A DNA stretch of 64,000 nt from Mobula hypostoma (taxonomy: Eukaryota). Positions within the stretch are counted from its first letter, which is position 1; each line of letters starts with the position of its first letter. The notes below the pieces were generated by a model that saw nothing but the letters and a program-made list of their open reading frames with translations, ran no database searches and was not told the origin of the DNA. The DNA lies in assembly GCF_963921235.1 (NCBI RefSeq), contig NC_086097.1, positions 161,140,001-161,204,000 on the forward strand, read 5' to 3'. The translations under genes were made by a program, and so were the position numbers. Positions 62,363 through 64,000 of the stretch are shown here, piece by piece.

Positions 62363-64000
62363 TTGCAGGGGGATGGGAACCAGAGTGCCAGAGCTGACAG
62401 TGTGGCTGGGGTGAAAATAAATGATATTGAAAGTTTAAGCAAATCCGCTGATAGAAAGGTTGTGAGTGGTGGTAAAAATCTTCTGAGGTGTATATATTTC
62501 AATGCTAGGAGTATTACGGGGAAGGCGGATGAGTTGAGGGCGTGGATTGACACGTGGAATTATGATGTTGTAGCAATTAGTGAAACTTGGCTACAGGAGG
62601 GGCAGGACTGGCAACTTAATATTTCAGGGTTCCGATGTTTCAGATGTGATCGAGGCAGAGAAATGAAAGGTGGGGGAGTAGCATTGCTTGTTAGGGAAAA
62701 TATTACAGCAGTGCTCAGGCAGGACAGATTAGAGGGCATGTCTACTGAGTCCTTATGGGTGGAGCTGAGAAACAGGAAAGGTATGGCCACATTAGTGGGA
62801 TTGTATTACAGACCACCCAATAGTCAACGAGACTTGGAAGAGCAAATCTGCAGAGAGATAGCAGGCAACTGCAGGAAACATAAAGTTGTGGTGGTAGGGG
62901 ATTTTAATTTTCCATACATTGATTGGGACTCCCATACTGTTAGGGGTCTAGATGGATTAGAGTTTGTAAAATGTGTTCAGGAAAGTTTTCTAAATCAGTA
63001 TATAGAGGGACCAACTAGAGGGGATGCAATATTGGATCTCCTATTAGGAAACGAATTAGGGCAAGTGACAGAAGTCTGTGTAGGGGAGCACTTTGGTTCC
63101 AGTGATCATAACACCATTAGTTTCAATTTGATCATGGACAAGGATTGATCTGGTCCTAGGGTTGAGGTTCTGAACTGAAAGAAGGCCAAATTTGAAGAAA
63201 TGAGAAAGGATCTAAAAAGCGTGGATTGGGACAGGTTGTTCTCTGGCAAAGATGTGATTGGTAGGTGGGAAGCCTTCAAAGGGGAAATTTTGAGAGTGCA
63301 GAGTTTGTATGTTCCTGTCAGGATTAAAGGCAAATTGAATAGGAATAAGGAACCTTGATTCTCAAAGGATATTGCAACTCTGATAAAGAAGAAGAGGGAG
63401 TTGTATGAAATGTATAGGAAACAGGGGGTAAATCAGGTGCTTGAGGAGTATAAGAAGTGCAAGAAAATACTTAAGAAAGAAATCAGGAGGGCAAAAAGAA
63501 GACATGAGGGTTGCCTTGGCAGTCAAAGTGAAGGATAATCCAAAGAGCTTTTACATGTATATTAAGAGCAAAAGGACTGTAAGGGATAAAATTGGTCCTC
63601 TTGAAGATCAGAGTGGTCGGCTTTGTACGGAACCAAAGGAAATGGGGGAGATCTTAAATAGGTTTTTTGCGTCTGTGTTTACTAAGGAAGCTGGCATGAA
63701 ATCTATGGAATTGAGGGAATCAAGTAGTGAGATCATGGAAACTGTACAGATTGAAAAGGAGGAGGTGCTTGCTGTCTTGAGGAAAACTAAAGTGGATAAA
63801 TCCCCGGGACCTGACAGAGTGTTCCCTCAGACCTTGAAGGAGACTAGTGTTGAAATTGCGGGGGCCCTGGCAGAAATATTTTAAATGTCGCTGTCTACGG
63901 GTGAAATGCCGGAGGATTGGAGAGTGGCTCATGTTGTTCCGTTGTTTAAAAAAGGATCGAAAAGTAATCCGGGAAATTATAGGCCGGTGAGTTTAACGTC
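62363..64000 (+). pseudogene. CR1 ORF2: APE endonuclease and linker to RT, disrupted
   Basis: Motifs CIYFNARSI, VAISETWL, YYRPP, VGDFNFP, ILDLLL, SSDH; premature TGAs at about 63146, 63176 and 63356; frameshifts near 63510 and 63880. Confidence 0.92.

Larger units (their letters stand above)
61215..64000 (+). mobile_element. Young 5'-intact CR1 LINE (5' UTR, ORF1, ORF2 N-terminal half), continuing beyond the window
   Basis: A CpG-rich 5' UTR is followed by ORF1 and ORF2 in the expected order with only scattered lesions. The window ends in VVPLFKKGSKSNPGNYRPVSLT. Confidence 0.95.

Overview
Eukaryotic, AT-rich, repeat-dominated DNA. The repeat families (CR1 LINEs with an esterase-type ORF1, Rex1/Babar LINEs, V-domain SINEs, Penelope-like elements) point to a cartilaginous fish, probably a batoid ray; this is inference from repeat content only. 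No host protein-coding gene could be identified with confidence, so the window reads as intergenic DNA or a large intron. Nearly all long ORFs in the track are decayed transposon fragments or their antisense shadows. Recognisable contents: many CR1 fragments, including a young 5'-intact copy running off the right edge; a near-full-length decayed Rex1; a Gypsy pol remnant; two related solo LTRs with 5-bp TSDs; a Buster/Charlie-type hAT transposon; tRNA-derived SINEs; and L1-like 3' fragments. The most interesting signal is a family of short Penelope-like insertions. They carry the GIY-YIG C-terminus (LEEQHLIFRLGSLQPDGMNIDF) and a minimal hammerhead ribozyme (GTC-CTGA(T/C)GA-stem II-GAAAC-GTC-GAC). 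Several have an inverted 5' arm whose breakpoint falls at the 5' edge of the hammerhead. Hammerheads in Penelope-like elements are already known; the recurring breakpoint and the ORF-less hairpin derivatives are what merit follow-up. A few repeat-poor islands hold weak exon, promoter or enhancer candidates. Boundaries of old repeats are approximate and were read by eye.
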